DNA of 64,000 nucleotides, from assembly GCF_036321535.1 (NCBI RefSeq), contig NC_087447.1, positions 50,222,001 through 50,286,000 of the forward strand. The letters are read 5' to 3'. Source of the stretch: Camelus dromedarius. Taxonomy: Eukaryota. A model generated the notes under the pieces. It saw only the letters and a list, made by a program, of their open reading frames with translations, was not told where the DNA came from and did no database searches. Made by a program: the position numbers and the translations under genes. This document shows positions 12,113 to 26,592 of the stretch, piece by piece. Each line of letters starts with the position of its first letter. The first letter of the stretch is position 1.

Positions 12113-15100
12113 CTGAAAAAGAAAAATATGTTAATTCAGAGACAGTCCTTAAAAATGTATTACACATAAATGAAATTCTATGTTAACAATTTTCCCAATA
12201 CTCCTTCAACTCCAACTCTAAAGATGCAGAACTGATGATGTTAGTCCAGATCAGCTTATTATTTCCAACTCTTTTTACATTTGCCCTTCTGCATAAAAAA
12301 TAAAATGTATTTGCATTTTGCATGTATTTTTCTAATGCAATCTCCCAGCTACTTTATCTGTTCTGCCCTTCCATGAGCAGGCACAAAAGTTTCTCAAATA
12401 ATCTATCCTCTTTTATGTTCTATAATTCTTCCCTCCATTACCTGCTGTTCAGTCCACTTTTGCTACTATTACTAAGAAACATCAAAGCACCATGAAATAA
12501 TATTGGACTGGGACCCAGGAGACCTTGGGGCTAGTCCGAACTCTACCAGCGACTTACTCTGAGACCCTAGCCAAATACTCTCTGAGACCCTGGCCAAATA
12601 CTTTCCCTTTTTGGACTCTGTTTCCTCTTCTTAATAAATTTAATATATTGAATTAGAATAACACTTCCTAAAATGAAGTTATTTACATAGCAATGATCAT
12701 AATGTTTGCCATTTCAGTTATATAACCATCTGTACCTTTACATAATCTACTCACTTTTCTAGTTAACATCGTCTTAAACAATAAAGACTATAAAATAATG
12801 ATTTGATGAGCTAGCTATATTTTAACACATATTACAAAACTTCTAAGATAAAAATTGACTCATGTGCCACCTGAAATCACTCATATCACAAGTGATATAT
12901 ATATAGTCACACTTTTGCAAACACTGAACTAGGTATTTCTAAATTTGCTTCTAATTCTAATGTTCTTATCACTGAAGGGTGACCATTCTCTATCCTAATT
13001 CCTGTTAATCTAATCCAATCTGGCTAGAAACCAGATTCATACGAGATAGTGATAGTCTTCTACAGCCAGACCAGAGGTCAGGTAGGGATAAGAAGTTTAT
13101 TAAGAAGTAAAGTAACAAATGAATAACTGCTACTACATTCCCCTAGCTAGTCCAAAGAAACAGGGCCTTTAATTTCTTCCCAAATTTGCACTGATAAAGA
13201 CAAGACACACTTTAGTTTAAAGAGCTTTCTTGGGAGCAGTGTTATTTCAAAGCTGACTATTCAGGCATATTCAAAGTATATGCCTAACAAAAATAACAAT
13301 TCCTATGTTTTTTCACCCAAGGAAAGAAGGTTAGGAAAATATGAAGGAAAAATATATAACTAAAGGGAACACACTATCTTACATTTTATCCAAAGAACTG
13401 TTAAACACATTTGGGAAGAATTTTTATCTAGATTCAGTATTTTCTAGTTCAATCCCATGCTTCATTGAGTACATAAAGAAGAAAATCTATTTCTTAATGA
13501 CACTCAGCTTCTAGTGTTGGGCCAATTATCCTGAGTCTACTTGGGAGTCTGAATCAGGGATTGATTAGGGACACAATCATAGAAGGAAACAAAAACTATA
13601 CTAAACTCCAAGTGTCTCATCTTTCCTACTTAGCAAATATCTGAAAAAGCAAACATATCCAATATACAGTCAACTCTTGATATCTTACCAATTAATAAAG
13701 AGGGAAGGGCTAAAACATTCTAAGGAATTTTTTTTAATTCACATAAAATTAATTTACTAAAAAGCAAAGGTATTATGGACCAGAAAATAACATACAGAGC
13801 AAAAACATGCAACTTTTCACATCTATTTATAAGTACGCATGCCAAAAAGGGCTATACATGTGCATGAGAATTGTAATTCAGTATCAAGATTTAACCTTTA
13901 ACTGTTGAATTAAGGTTTGAGCATAAAGTAGTGATCTTACTCTAGGATCAAAAATAATATCTGGCTTTGATTGAACTAGCCACAAATGTCTACTGATGAG
14001 ATCTTAACTGCCAAACTAATGAAGTCAAAACTTTTAAAACCTCTGGGTATAAATATTAGATAATCCAGCTTTTAATAGCAATACCTTCTTCCAAATGTGT
14101 AGAAAAAAAATTCTCATATTTGCATTAATTTAGTCAAGATTAAAGAATTATGTGAACATTTAAAAAGCAAAAATAGTTCTGTTCTATGCTCTGACTAAAC
14201 AAGAATATAAGAGTAAACTGTATTTTATATTTCTCACATTAATCTTACTGTAATTAATTAAGAGACCATATTTATCACTAAAATTAAAATATTAAAATGC
14301 ATATGGTTTGTGTATTTAAAAAGAATAATTTGGGATATTTTTACTTAATGTCAAGAACATAAAATTTGCCTTTTAAACATATGAAATCTCTTATTTTGAT
14401 CATTATTACCCTCTTAACAAAGCAAGGCAAAATTATCCCTCAAATATTCGTGATTAAACTGTTGAACCGGAATTGGCTCACCTCCCAATGACTTCACAAG
14501 TATCTGCTTCAATTAATTTTGAGAAATAAAATAACCCAATCATTCTTTAGTTTTCTGATGCCTCTGCAAAATGTATCTGAAAAAAATATCAAAATAAATT
14601 GCTGCATAACAATATATAGTGTACCTTCAAATCAAATTTATGTCTATCCCAATATCTGAGATGATACATTTTTCATACCTAAACAATATACTGCTTAACA
14701 AAACTGACTTCCTAACTAGTTCTCAGTGTTTCAAGTCAGCTTCATTTCAATCAAATCTGTCCTATTTGTGACTTTTATGAATCATAACAATAACAGAATC
14801 ACAGAGGATTAAAAATCCTAGACCGCAGGAATCATCTGGTCTAATTTCATTAGAAATTGGGAGAGGGAAAGTGACTTGGCCAGATTCATAGGTAACAGTA
14901 GAAAGGCTGAGAAACTCAGGTCTTGATGTGAATTTGCAAATTATTGATGAAAATGTCTTTTCACATTAATTGCATGATTTGTTTTCTGCTGTATCTAGCA
15001 TGTAAAAATTGAGGCTGGGTTCTAACAGTACACACAAAATTTGAAAACAAAGAGTTCTATTCCTTGATGAAGATTTCACTCACAAAAAAGCTCTAGAGAA

Positions 15101-15451
15101 GCTGTTCCAAATAAAAAATGCCAACTTTACTTTAAATATACACTTTTATAATCATCTAAAATTTTCAGAAGGCAACATAAGTTTAAAAGTGGCTACCACT
15201 GGTGAGTAGGAATGGGGCATCAGAAATAGGAGGATAAAAAAACCAACAAACAGGTTTTTAAGAACAAAATAGATACTCTTAAGCTCCAAATTTGTCTTCA
15301 TCTTAAAAAAAAAAAAGTGGCAGGGTGTAAGGATCCTTTCCAACATTAATATGTATTTACATTTCCAACCAGACAGTGAGTGAGTGAATGAGAGAGAAGG
15401 AGAAAAAATTAAAAACAAAAAAACAAACAAATGAGCCCTCTGGTTACTTAC

Positions 15452-15572
15452 AGTTCTACAGATCATAGAAGTCTCAAAGTGTTTGGCACATAATCGATAA
15501 TGTTTATTCAGTTGATCAGGTGTTTTATCTTCTAAGTCTGCTCTTCTACAATTCTCCACCCACTTCTGGCAC
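15452..15572 (-). CDS. THAP12: THAP12 coding exon 2 (CQKWVENCRRADLEDKTPDQLNKHYRLCAKHFETSMICRT)
   Basis: Acceptor TTTTGTAG|G, donor |GTAAGT; 121 nt restores frame (89+121=210); carries the THAP W and CxxHF motifs. Confidence 0.97.
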
Positions 15573-16944
15573 CTACAAAAATAAAGCCAAAGTACAATTA
15601 TGGAATATGAGCTCTACATTTAAATTTCAGCATTCAGTTTTAAGACAAATACGTATTATGGACAATGGATTCCTGCTGCCCTATACCCAAAGAACATTAG
15701 CATAATTTGGAGAAGTTGATTAATAACAAAACGAAAGCTGGAAGAAACCTTAAAATTATTTAGTACATTCAATTATACACAAGGTTAAGAAGTAACTCAC
15801 TCAGAGTCATGTACAAAATCAACAGCAAAACTAGAACTTAAACCTGAGTCTTTCAATTCCCAGCACTTTCTAGCATCAAAGAGGACTCAATCATCAGCAA
15901 TACAAGCAAAAACCTGCACAACCCTGAGACCAATGGCTTAACATTCCCCTCAGTAACATTATTAAGTAGATGTTCTATAAATAAATAGAGTTTCTTATGG
16001 AAGCATGATAGCTGTATTCCTTGGCTTTATTATAAACATGATTCATTATCTACAATGATATGTACAGACTAGATTGCAAGCTCCATGAATGCAGGGATTG
16101 TGTTTAGATAATCTAGTACATAGATGGTGTTAAAGATAGTGAATGAGACAACGTTCATACCCTCTTGGTGCTAAAATATCTGTAGAAAAACATCATCATC
16201 ATCATCATCATAATGCTTACTGCATCATATGCACTTATTAAGAGCCAGTGTTCTAAATCATCTCCAAAGGGGTAAGGAATGTTCTATGTACCTAAACATG
16301 TAAAAGTAAGCTCTATTGGTAGAAATTTCAGGAAAACAAAATTTAATATATAAGTTGATTAAAAAAAACAGAACAAGACAGTACTATTATTATCCCCTCA
16401 TGCAGATGAAGAAATGAAGGCACAGAAATGTTAAGTAATTTTCTAAAGATTCCAGCTAGATGTTTCCTTCATTCTTCAAGTTTCTAAGGATAAGTCTGCC
16501 GTGAATATATAGTGTCACAAATTTGAAAGCATATTCATTTTATAATTACATTTTCTTACGTCTTAATATAATAGCCTCTAAACACACACACTCTGACACA
16601 TTATTCCCTCCACTTTCAATATGTAAAATCATGGTGAAATGTTGACTATTTAACCTAAACTAAAATCACATCTAAATTGTACAGCATTTCATCTGACCAA
16701 GATTACTAGATATAGTAATGATGCCTAAGATGTCCATATTTTAATCATATTTTTACATAGCTGTGCAATACGATTATAAACATTTTGTGTTTCAACATCT
16801 AAATTATTTGGTATAAAAACTCTCACTATAAGATAATTTGTCATATTGCTAGAGTTAAGTTTGTTTTTTAATTCTTAAATCTCTGGAGACTTTCCACACA
16901 GAGCACTACTGTATTATTTCTTTTTGATAGAAAGAACACTCAGA

Positions 16945-17133
16945 AGGGTATGTATGAAGTAGATAAACAAGCTTATACTGTATAAAACAGGGAACTATAT
17001 TCAATATCTTGTATTAGGTTATGGTGAAAAAGAATATGAAAATGAATATATGTATATTCATGTATGACTGAAGCATTGTGCTGTACACCAGAAACTGACA
17101 CATTGTAAACTGACTATACTTCAAAAAAAAAAA
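16945..17133 (+). mobile_element. 5'-truncated cetartiodactyl-type L1 3' end with poly(A) and TSD
   Basis: CAGGGAACTATATTCAATATCTTGTA...CATTGTAAACTGACTATACTTCAAAA; TSD ACACTCAGA at 16936-16944 and 17137-17145. Confidence 0.8.
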
Positions 17134-17199
17134 CACACACTCAGATTTCAATCAAGAATAGGTTGGGCAGAGATCCCAATTAACTACATCGATGTGATC

Positions 17200-19420
17200 C
17201 ACATCAAATACCTAGAAATAAACCTAGTGAAAGATGTGCAATACCTGAAATTTAATAACTTAAATAAATAGAGGGATCTAGTTCATGGACTGGTGTAGTG
17301 AATTCTAAAGATATCAATTCTCAAAATGATTTACTGACTTAATACTATCACAATCCTAACAAATCTTCTGTGCATGTCTCTGTGTGTGTGAGAGTGAGTG
17401 AGAGACAGAGAGAGAGAAATGACAAAGATCATTCTAAAACATTTTTACACAGAAATTCAAAGGACCAAGATGAGTCAAGACAATCTTGGGGTGGGGGGAG
17501 TTGAAAGACTTACACTACCAGATATTAAGACTTATTATAAGGCTTATTAACACAGTGTGGAATTGGCACAAGGATAAAATAATGGAACAAAAGGAAGAGT
17601 TGTAAATACTTAAGACGAAGGCAGCATTGCACAGCAGTGAAGATAAATTTCTTCAATAAATAGTCCTGAATTGGATATCCATATAAAAAATGAACCTTGA
17701 TCTATACTTTCATACCATATACAAAACATAAATTCCAAGTAAACTGTAGAGCTAAATATGAAAGGTAAAACAAGTTTCTAAAAGAACACAAGAGACAATC
17801 TCCATTACCTTAGCATAAAGATCTCTTAAAAAGGCAACAGAAAGCAAACTAGAGGAAAAGATGAATTAATTAGGCTACTTTAACGTTAATAACTTTTCAT
17901 CATTAAAAGAAGCCATTTAAGAGTGAAATGGCAACGTACAAAATGGAAGAAGGTATCTGCAGTACACAGATCCAACAATACACTCATATCCAAAATATAA
18001 ATATGAAGAACTACAAATAAATCAGATACCTTGATATAAAAATAGGCAAGAGACTCTAACAGGCAATTAACACACTAATTAAAACTGCAACTAAATATTA
18101 CTTCATACCCATAAGAATGACTATAATATAAAAGAAAGAATACCAAATGCTGATGAGAAGGTGAAACAACTTTGCCCATCAAAGTTGAACAGGATAAACT
18201 GTGGTATACTATTATACACAGAATACTACTTGGCAATGGGAATGAATGAACTAGCTAGATCTCACAAACATTAATGGTGAGCAAAATAAGCCAGGAGTAC
18301 ATACTATGTGATTATCTTCATATTAAGCTCTAGAGCAGGCAAAACTCATCTATGGTGATTGTGCAGAAAAAGAGTTAACACAGCAGGCCTGAGATTGCTA
18401 TCCTCAGAAAGGCTTATTTCTAAGGCTTGTCTTTTGGCTGGTGTCTGGGAATTTGGCTAGTAAATAATTCCCTACACTTACATAAAACTTTCTCTAACTG
18501 ATAAAGTAACTCATGATGCCCAGACTGTGTGCAAACAGTATGACTTATAATGAATACCTGTCTTCCTTCTGGGAGTCTGAAATTTTAGTACATGCTAAGC
18601 AGAGAGTATCCAAGTGATGAGACCCCAAGAAAAACTTCGGACACTGGGTCTCTAATGGGCTTCTCTGGGCAGAAAACATGGCACACATGTTGCATTTTCA
18701 CTGCTGGGGTAAAGTGGGCTCTGTGTGACCCCGCGTGGGAGGGAGAGAGTGTAAAGAAGCCTATACACAGATCCTTCCACACCCTACCTGTGTATTTTCC
18801 CCCTTATGATTCAGATGTGTGTTCCTACTATACTGCTGTAATATATCTTAGCTGTGAGTATAGCTATACACTGAGTTCCAAGAGTCCTAGTGAATCTCTG
18901 AATATGGGGGTGGACTTGGAGACCTCCAACACAGTAATGGTAGAATAGTGGATATATTTTTGGGGAGAGGTAACGACTAGGAATGGGCACAAAGGAGGCT
19001 TCTGAGGTGCTGGTAATGCTGTATATCTCGAACATTACCTGGGTATGTTCATTTTGTAAAATTCATCATGTTCTAGACTATCATTTCTGCACTTTTCTCA
19101 ATGTATGTCATATACCAAAAAAAACCCCAAAACAAAAAACAAACCCAGCTCCCCCCTACTCTTCCCCTTTTCCTCAGTAACAACTAATCTGATCTAATGT
19201 GTGTAAAGTCAAACGGTGGCTACTACTGGAGAGAGTGCGATAATGAGTGAAAGATTCACAGGAAAGAACTTTGGGATGTCAGTAATATTCTATGTTTTTT
19301 AAATCTGGACAACAATTTCACAGACATGTTACTCTGAAAAACCTTACAAGCCATACACTTATGATTTGTGACCTTCTGTGTATGTATGTTTTACATCAAT
19401 AAGTTATAAAAATTACATAT
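17200..19420 (+). mobile_element. Old L1M ORF2/3'-UTR fragments interrupted by a solo LTR
   Basis: L1 motifs (ACACTACCAGATATTAAGACTTATTATAAG; AGGCAAAACTCATCTATGGTGAT) that continue after 18938. Confidence 0.7.
18360..18933 (+). mobile_element. Solo ERVL LTR, MER68-like
   Basis: Begins TGTGCAGAAAAAGAGTTAACACAGCAGGCCTGAG, ends ...CCAACACA (TG..CA); 5-bp TSD GTGAT/GTAAT. Confidence 0.8.
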
Positions 19421-20158
19421 GACAAGTCTTTTTTACATACATACATACATGTACTTGTGTATATGTATATATACTTACCAGTTTATGTGTAAGTATATAC
19501 ATACTTACACAGCTATCTCTCAATTTTTTTTAAACCAGTGTCTTCCCTGTCCTAGCTCTCCCTTTCATTGTTCTGCACCCTGTGCTCTAGATTCTATAGC
19601 CTTTTTTTTCTCCCTTGGCAGAGTGGAATGACTCCCCCAATCCATGTACTCCCAAACTACTCTTGTGCCTTTCTCTACCCCTTCTCCATGTAGTAAACAC
19701 TTTAAAAAGCCAATTTGAGAACATCCTTCCCTACTTAAGATCCGTTAGTGACTTCTCATTACTCTTAGGATAAAAAACCAACTTCTCACATGTCTTATAT
19801 AATTCTGTACAATCCAGACCTTGTCTACTTTTCCATTATCATATAGCACCACCCTTTCACTCTCTTTGCCCCCTCCCATGCCTTATTTCAGTTTCATGAA
19901 TGCACTGTGATCATTTCTATCCTAGGGCTGTTTCCATGCTGTTTATTCAACGTAAGATCCTCTTACTGTCACTTTTTTTCTCTCTTCCTTTGCAAAGGAA
20001 AGCCTATGCAAATATCAGCCTTCATATCTTAGTTCAAATGTCACTTATTGAGGGAAACTCTTCAGATTTGAAACGATTAGATTTGTATACACATACAACT
20101 ACATATGTGAGTATGTACACACACACCCAGGTAGGTAAGACTCCTCTACCTCTCTGTA

Positions 20159-20405
20159 CAGTAGTCCCCCTTTATCCTCAGGGGGGTGGGGTGGGGTGGA
20201 TACATTTCAAGACCCTCAGTGGATGCCTGAAACCATGCATAGTACTGAACCCTACATATACTATCTTTTTTCCAATACTAATGGGTGGGTAGCACATACA
20301 GTGTGGGTAAGTTGGACAAAGGAGTAATTCACATCCTGGGCAGGAAAGAGTGGGATGGCACAAGATTTCATCACCGCTACCCATAACAGCTAAAACTTAT
20401 GAATT
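20159..20405 (+). mobile_element. MER44-like Tigger MITE, left part only
   Basis: TA followed by CAGTAGTCCCCCTTTATCC TIR; similar to the 38200 element; no right TIR found. Confidence 0.75.
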
Positions 20406-20844
20406 CCATCCTGCCAAATCCAATGGTCACTTTCTATCCTCATCTTAATCACCCTTTCAGTACTATTCAATCATCACTGACCACTCCTTTTTAACTTTTG
20501 TAATTTTTTCCTTCAGTGGTCTCCTACTAATGCAGCATTTCTAAAACATATTCCAAGGAACACAAAGAACTGTTCCATTCAAAAAAAAAAAAGACGTTTC
20601 ATGGTCAAATAAGTTTGGGTAATATTACATACTTTATCCTACATCTAGGGCCTTAAATAGGACCTTGAACAAGTTAGCTAACCTCTGTAGCTAACTTGAA
20701 CAAGTTAGCTAACCTCTCTGTGCCTGATTTGGTCATCTGAAAGCAGCAACTACCTCAAAATTTATTACAAGGGTTAACTGAAATAAAGTACATAAAACAC
20801 AAAGAATAGTGCCTGGCACACAGAATATGAAGTATTCTATAAGG

Positions 20845-20928
20845 AGTAGTAGGTGGTGGTGAGTAGTAGCAGCAGTAGTAGTGGTGGTGGTGGCAGTGGC
20901 AGTGGTGGTGGTGGTAGTAGTAGTAGTA
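20845..20928. repeat. Mixed (GTA/GTG/GCA)n trinucleotide repeat
   Basis: Seen directly; explains the poly-Thr ORF at 20733..20966. Confidence 0.9.
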
Positions 20929-21914
20929 TAACTCGCAGCATTGTTTGGAGGATTAAATGAGATCATATGAAAGTACTTTCACCTAATCTGGGGATATGCT
21001 CCATTGTGAACTGCCCCCAGGTTCCTGCCAAGCCTTGGCATTAGTCAAGTCATCCTTGGGTAATCACTATTCAGGCAACTTTTTTTTAACTTTAATTTCA
21101 GGTAATCTATCTCCCTGCCACTGTCCTAAGGTAATTTGATTCTATTATTTTATGTTTCTTAAAAAGTATATTAATGCCACTTTTTCTAAACCAATATAAG
21201 GTATTAGGGTATGAAATTTCACTCTGTGCCCTTTATTAATTAATGCTTAAATTTTAAGTTACTTCTAAATAGTTGTTCCTAAAAATGTGCACAGAATTTA
21301 TAAATATGATTGGAAAATGTACTATTCAATCGCATTAAATATATCTATCTGTATTATTAGTTAACAATGTGAGTTAACTTTTGAAGAATAGATAGGCTGG
21401 CAATGTCATCTTTTATCAATCTTCCCTACAACCATTTACAGAAAAAAAAAAAACTAATTATAACCAAAAACTCTAAAAATACCGTTATTAATTCAATAAA
21501 CTCTAGAAACTATTTCGTTATTATAATTAACTATGGGCATAGGGAAAAAGAAACTGTCAAACACAGTAGAATTTGAAATCCTATAGTATTGAGATTTGGT
21601 TTGAATAAGAAGTTAAGACCTTGAAGACACTATATTAAGTAAAATAAGCCACACATAAAAGGATTATTATTATATGATTCTACTCATATAATATGAGTAT
21701 GAAGTGCCTAGAATAGACAGATTTATGGAGAGTTAAAGTGGATTGGGGAAAAAGGAGTTACTGCTTTTTTGTTAGTTTTTGCTTGGGGTAATGAAAAAAC
21801 TGTGGAAATAGATGGTGGTGATGGTTGTAAAACATTGTGAATGTAACTAATGCTCCTGAATTATATACTCAAAAATGGTTTAAAAATAGTTAAAATGGCA
21901 AATTTTATGTTATA

Positions 21915-22009
21915 CTACTGCCATTTTATATAGGAGACTTGAGTATCCATGGATTTTAGTATCTGCAGGGGGTCCTGGAACCAATCCCCTGCAGATAAAG
22001 AGACAACTG
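21915..22009 (+). mobile_element. MER2 (Tigger) right-end fragment among L1M 3'-end fragments
   Basis: GACTTGAGTATCCATGGATTTTAGTATCTGCAGGGGGTCCTGGAACCAATCCCC...CAACTG-TA. Confidence 0.75.
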
Positions 22010-22789
22010 TATACATTTTATCAAATTTTAAAAAATTAATATAATGTTAAGATATCCAATACCACTGAACTGTATACTTTAAATGGGTAAATTGTACAGT
22101 ATGTGAATATCTTAATAAAGATGTTTTTTAAAAAAGAATTAAGAGAAGTTCGTAATTTGGTCTTGAAATACTCAAAGGGCTCTTACATAGAAAAGGGCAC
22201 AGATTTGTTCACTGTCACTTTGAGGACAAAACGAGGACCTCCAAAGCATAGATTATAGACAGGCACATTTCCACTCAACACAAGGAAAAAACAATAGCCA
22301 AATCTATCCAGAATCCTCAAGTGTCTCCTCACAAAGCAGAGGAACTGGCACTGGAGGTGTCTTAGCAAAGGCCCACCTGTCAGGAATGCACAGGGCCCCT
22401 AAAGCATTCATAAATACCTTGATAAGAAATCATGTCTACGTCTTTTCTCAAGGGTCCTTATGTTAGATTCTCAATGTGGGACACAGACCCAAAAGAGGTT
22501 TAAAAGCCACTGAGGGCATTCCAGCACTTCAAGGGATACTGCACTAGATCTAAAGACTCCTTCTAAATCTGAGGCTGCAAGCCTGTATAGGACATATTCC
22601 CCTTCTAAGGAATATAATGAAAAGAGTATTAACTACCTACAGTCACAAACAATCTGTGGTTCAAAACTGATTAGTGGTGCCCTCATTATGCAAGTGAAAT
22701 ATACTGCCAAGAATGCCCCTGGGATAAAATTTGGGTCAAAGGAAGATAACGCTTAATGGGGTAAGGTCCAGTCAGATTAAGATGTTTCC

Positions 22790-24015
22790 CTTCTCTGCTC
22801 CCACAGAACCCAACAGCTATTCCTCACTCAGTTAGTTCCTCCTCATCTCCCTGAACTTTAAACACTAGAATCACCCCAAGGCTCAATTCTCAGACCTACC
22901 CTGATTTATTTACCTGGTTCTATGGTTTTAAATACCCTAGATAAACTGAGAGTGCCCATATTTATTTACAGTCTCCAGTCTGGAAGTCTCTAAATTCCAG
23001 ATTTGTATATCTTTTTATGGTTTTAGCTCGTAAATACTTAGATCACGGATCTAAATATGGGCCATTTTGAGTTCATTTCTAGATATGGTATGAAGACATC
23101 TATTCTTGAGTATCTATCAGGCCTGTCAAACTTCACATGTCCTGAATCAAACTTTTAAGATTCCTCCACCAAACCTGCTCCTCTCAGTCTTCCATAGCTC
23201 CATAAAGACTCAGGTTAAAAATCTTTGAGTCATTCTTGACTACTCTTTTTCTCTTACAATCTAAATCTAAACCATTAACAAATTATGTTGGCTTCACCTT
23301 CAAAACATATCTCAAATGCAACTACTTACCACCTCCTCCTCTATTAACCTGGATTATTGCAATTGCCTTTAACTGGACTTCGGCTCTCAGCTTTGCTTCC
23401 CTACAATGTATTTAACAACCAGTCAGTGATCCTGTTCAAAGTATAGGTCTCTGTCCTAAATCCTTCTATGACTTCCTATCTCCCTCAGAATAAATGCAAC
23501 AGTGCTTTCCATGGCCTACAGTGGTCTACACAATTTGCCCCGAATACATACACACACACACACACATATTTTTCTGGTCTCATCTTTTCCCTCTCTCTCC
23601 TTCCTTACACCAGCTTCAGTAGTCCCATGGATGTACCTCTAACAAGCATATCCTGCCTTTGCATTTATTGCTTCCACAGACTGAAATGCTCTTCCCCTAG
23701 ATATCTCCATGCCTAACCCCTTTACCCACTTCCGGTCTTTGCTCAAATTCACCTTCTTAGTGAGGCCTTCTCTGATCATCCGATTTAAAACAGCAATTGT
23801 TCCTCCCCTGCTACTCCTATTCCCCTACCGCACCCCTGGCAAACATTTACGTTTTTTCCATACTTATCACCATCTGACACGCTGTATATTCCTTGTTTAT
23901 TTTCCCCCACTAGAATGTAAACCCCATGAAAGGAGAGGCTTTGACCTGTTCATCTATACACTCATGCTCAGAACAATGCCCAGTACATAGTAGGCCTTCA
24001 ATAAATATTTGTATA
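22790..24015 (+). mobile_element. L2 3' portion
   Basis: Typical L2 tail: CCACTAGAATGTAAACCCCATGA...ACATAGTAGGCCTTCAATAAATATTTGT. Confidence 0.75.
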
Positions 24016-24878
24016 ACTAATAAATTAGCAGCATGCTATACTGTAATCGCCTGCTTATATATGTCTCCTTAAGGGACTGTGAGCTTTCTGCAGGTAGCAG
24101 CACTGTCTCACTCATCTCTGAATTTCCAGCACCTAACGTTAGAGCTCTGGCACACAGTAGGCAGTGATTTGAAATGAATGAATCAACAAGAGTGGCCACG
24201 GAAAAATCCTCAGCCTTTCAAACACAGTCTCTGCGCTATCACTCTCTAAATACAAGACAGAGCGTGTGGGTTACTTCAAGGAAGAGGTTTCAATACCAAC
24301 TCCCAGGCCCTCACGCGTTCTCCGCCCCAACCCCTCCGACCCGTTATCCCCACGTTAACCAACTGAGATAATGAGTGACGGTCAGAGCCAGAATTTGAAC
24401 CATGAACAAGTCCGAAGGAAGGGGTAGTTGTGACTTGACTTGAGATCAAACGTGGCTGGACTCCAAAAAGAAACACTGTCCCAGGGGTGGAAGGGCCCCG
24501 GCGATCACAACCATAGAATCCAAGTCCCTCTTCTGACAGCTGGGGAAAGTAAAGCCCAGAGAGGAAAGCGACTTGCCAGAGGTCACAAAGCAAGTCAACC
24601 AGGGTGAGAACCCACCTTATGCTGCCCAGGCAGCCCCAGTTGCCTATTTCGGGTGGTGCCCTATGCGGCGAGCCCCCGCGGACGCACGTGCTCCGAGGTC
24701 CCCGAGAGCCCGCCTGCTCGCAGCTTAAGGGCCCCTGCCCACCTCGGAGCGGGGCTGGGGTCAGCAACCTTCCCCTACCAAACGCCCCTCTCAGCCCCGG
24801 AGCCTTCTCGGGGCCAGCGGCTGGCAGCGCGCACCGCGGAGGAGGGCCCGGGCTGCCAGCTCCGCGCCCGCCGCTCAC

Positions 24879-24967
24879 CTGGCCGGATCCCGCGGGAACC
24901 TGAAGAAGGCCAGGTCCGACTGTGTGCTCTTCCGCGTGCAGTTGGGGGCCGCGCAGAAGTTCGGCAT
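24879..24967 (-). CDS. THAP12: THAP12 coding exon 1 (MPNFCAAPNCTRKSTQSDLAFFRFPRDPAR; start of THAP zinc finger)
   Basis: ATG at 24967-24965 with A at -3; translation matches the THAP12 N-terminus as I recall it; donor AG|GTGAGC at 24878; 89 nt, phase 2. Confidence 0.97.
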
Positions 24968-25253
24968 CGTCGCCCGCCCGCCGGCCGGCCCAGCCCTCCC
25001 CTCCCCGCCTCCTCAGGGCAGCCCGCCCGCCCGTCGGGGCCGGGGAGGGGAGTCAGGCCGGCCGGCCGGCTCGGCAAGGCCGGCGAGCCGGGGGGAGGGG
25101 CGGGCGGGCGAGAAGCCACGAGGGGCAGGAGGGGCGCCGCGGTCCGAGACCGGGCTGGGGACGCGGCTCCACAGTGCTGTGAGCGGCCGGGAGGATTTAC
25201 CGCCGCCGCCGCCGCTGGTGCACCTCCCGCCCGCCCGGGACGCTGCCGCCTCC

Positions 25254-25268
25254 TTCCCACAATGCACC
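25254..25268 (+). promoter_or_regulatory. ZNF143/Staf binding site
   Basis: TTCCCACAATGCACC matches the SBS consensus TTCCCAnAATGCAYY. Confidence 0.7.
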
Positions 25269-25387
25269 CTGGCGCCCGGGGGTGCCCTCTCTTCCCTCAG
25301 CCTTCCTTCCCCGCCCCCTCCTTTCCGCCGACTTCTGCGCGGGCGGGCACGCGCAAGGAAGCGCGCTTGCTCGGGTGTGGCGAGGCG

Positions 25388-25463
25388 GAGGCGGGGCCTG
25401 GCGTGGGTTGCCGCAGTGCGCCTGCGCACGGCCTACCCAGGATGGGAGGGAATGGCGCATGCG
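25388..25463. promoter_or_regulatory. GC box plus two NRF1-type sites (and an overlapping YY1 core)
   Basis: GAGGCGGGGC 25388-25397; TGCGCCTGCGCA 25417-25428; AATGGCG 25451-25457 overlapping GCGCATGCG 25455-25463. Confidence 0.65.
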
Positions 25464-25719
25464 GGCGTGTCTCCCGGGACTCTACAGCAGGCGAACCCCC
25501 GGCTCCTCCGGTAGGTTTGGCGTGCGCGGCTTTCCGCAGATCTGGAGCGAGCTTGCACGTTGTATCATCGGTGCATCGCTTCTTGCTTGCTTAAGTTGCC
25601 ACCGCATAGGCTTCTGCTGCAGAAATCGCCATAGACTTTTAAGGGCCGCGGAACCGGACTACCTTGGTGACTCATTTGCACACCCCCAGCATATCTGCGT
25701 GCATTAGTTGGACGCAGAC

Positions 25720-26592
<873 letters not shown>

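Noticed and set aside
12557..12602. 23-bp tandem duplication (similar small ones at ~1971-2036 and ~42406-42465)
   Set aside because: Two copies only, no spacers; ordinary slippage, not an array
15152..15451. Extension of the 135-aa ORF beyond THAP12 exon 2
   Set aside because: Read-through past a consensus GTAAGT donor into T-rich intron
19486..19511. 11-bp hairpin TGTGTAAGTAT/ATACTTACACA
   Set aside because: Within low-complexity TA/CA sequence where such stems are common; too short for a pre-miRNA
24276..25707. Many long overlapping ORFs (up to 313 aa) across the CpG island
   Set aside because: Pro/Gly/Ala/Arg-rich products expected from stop-codon scarcity in GC-rich DNA; no recognisable domains
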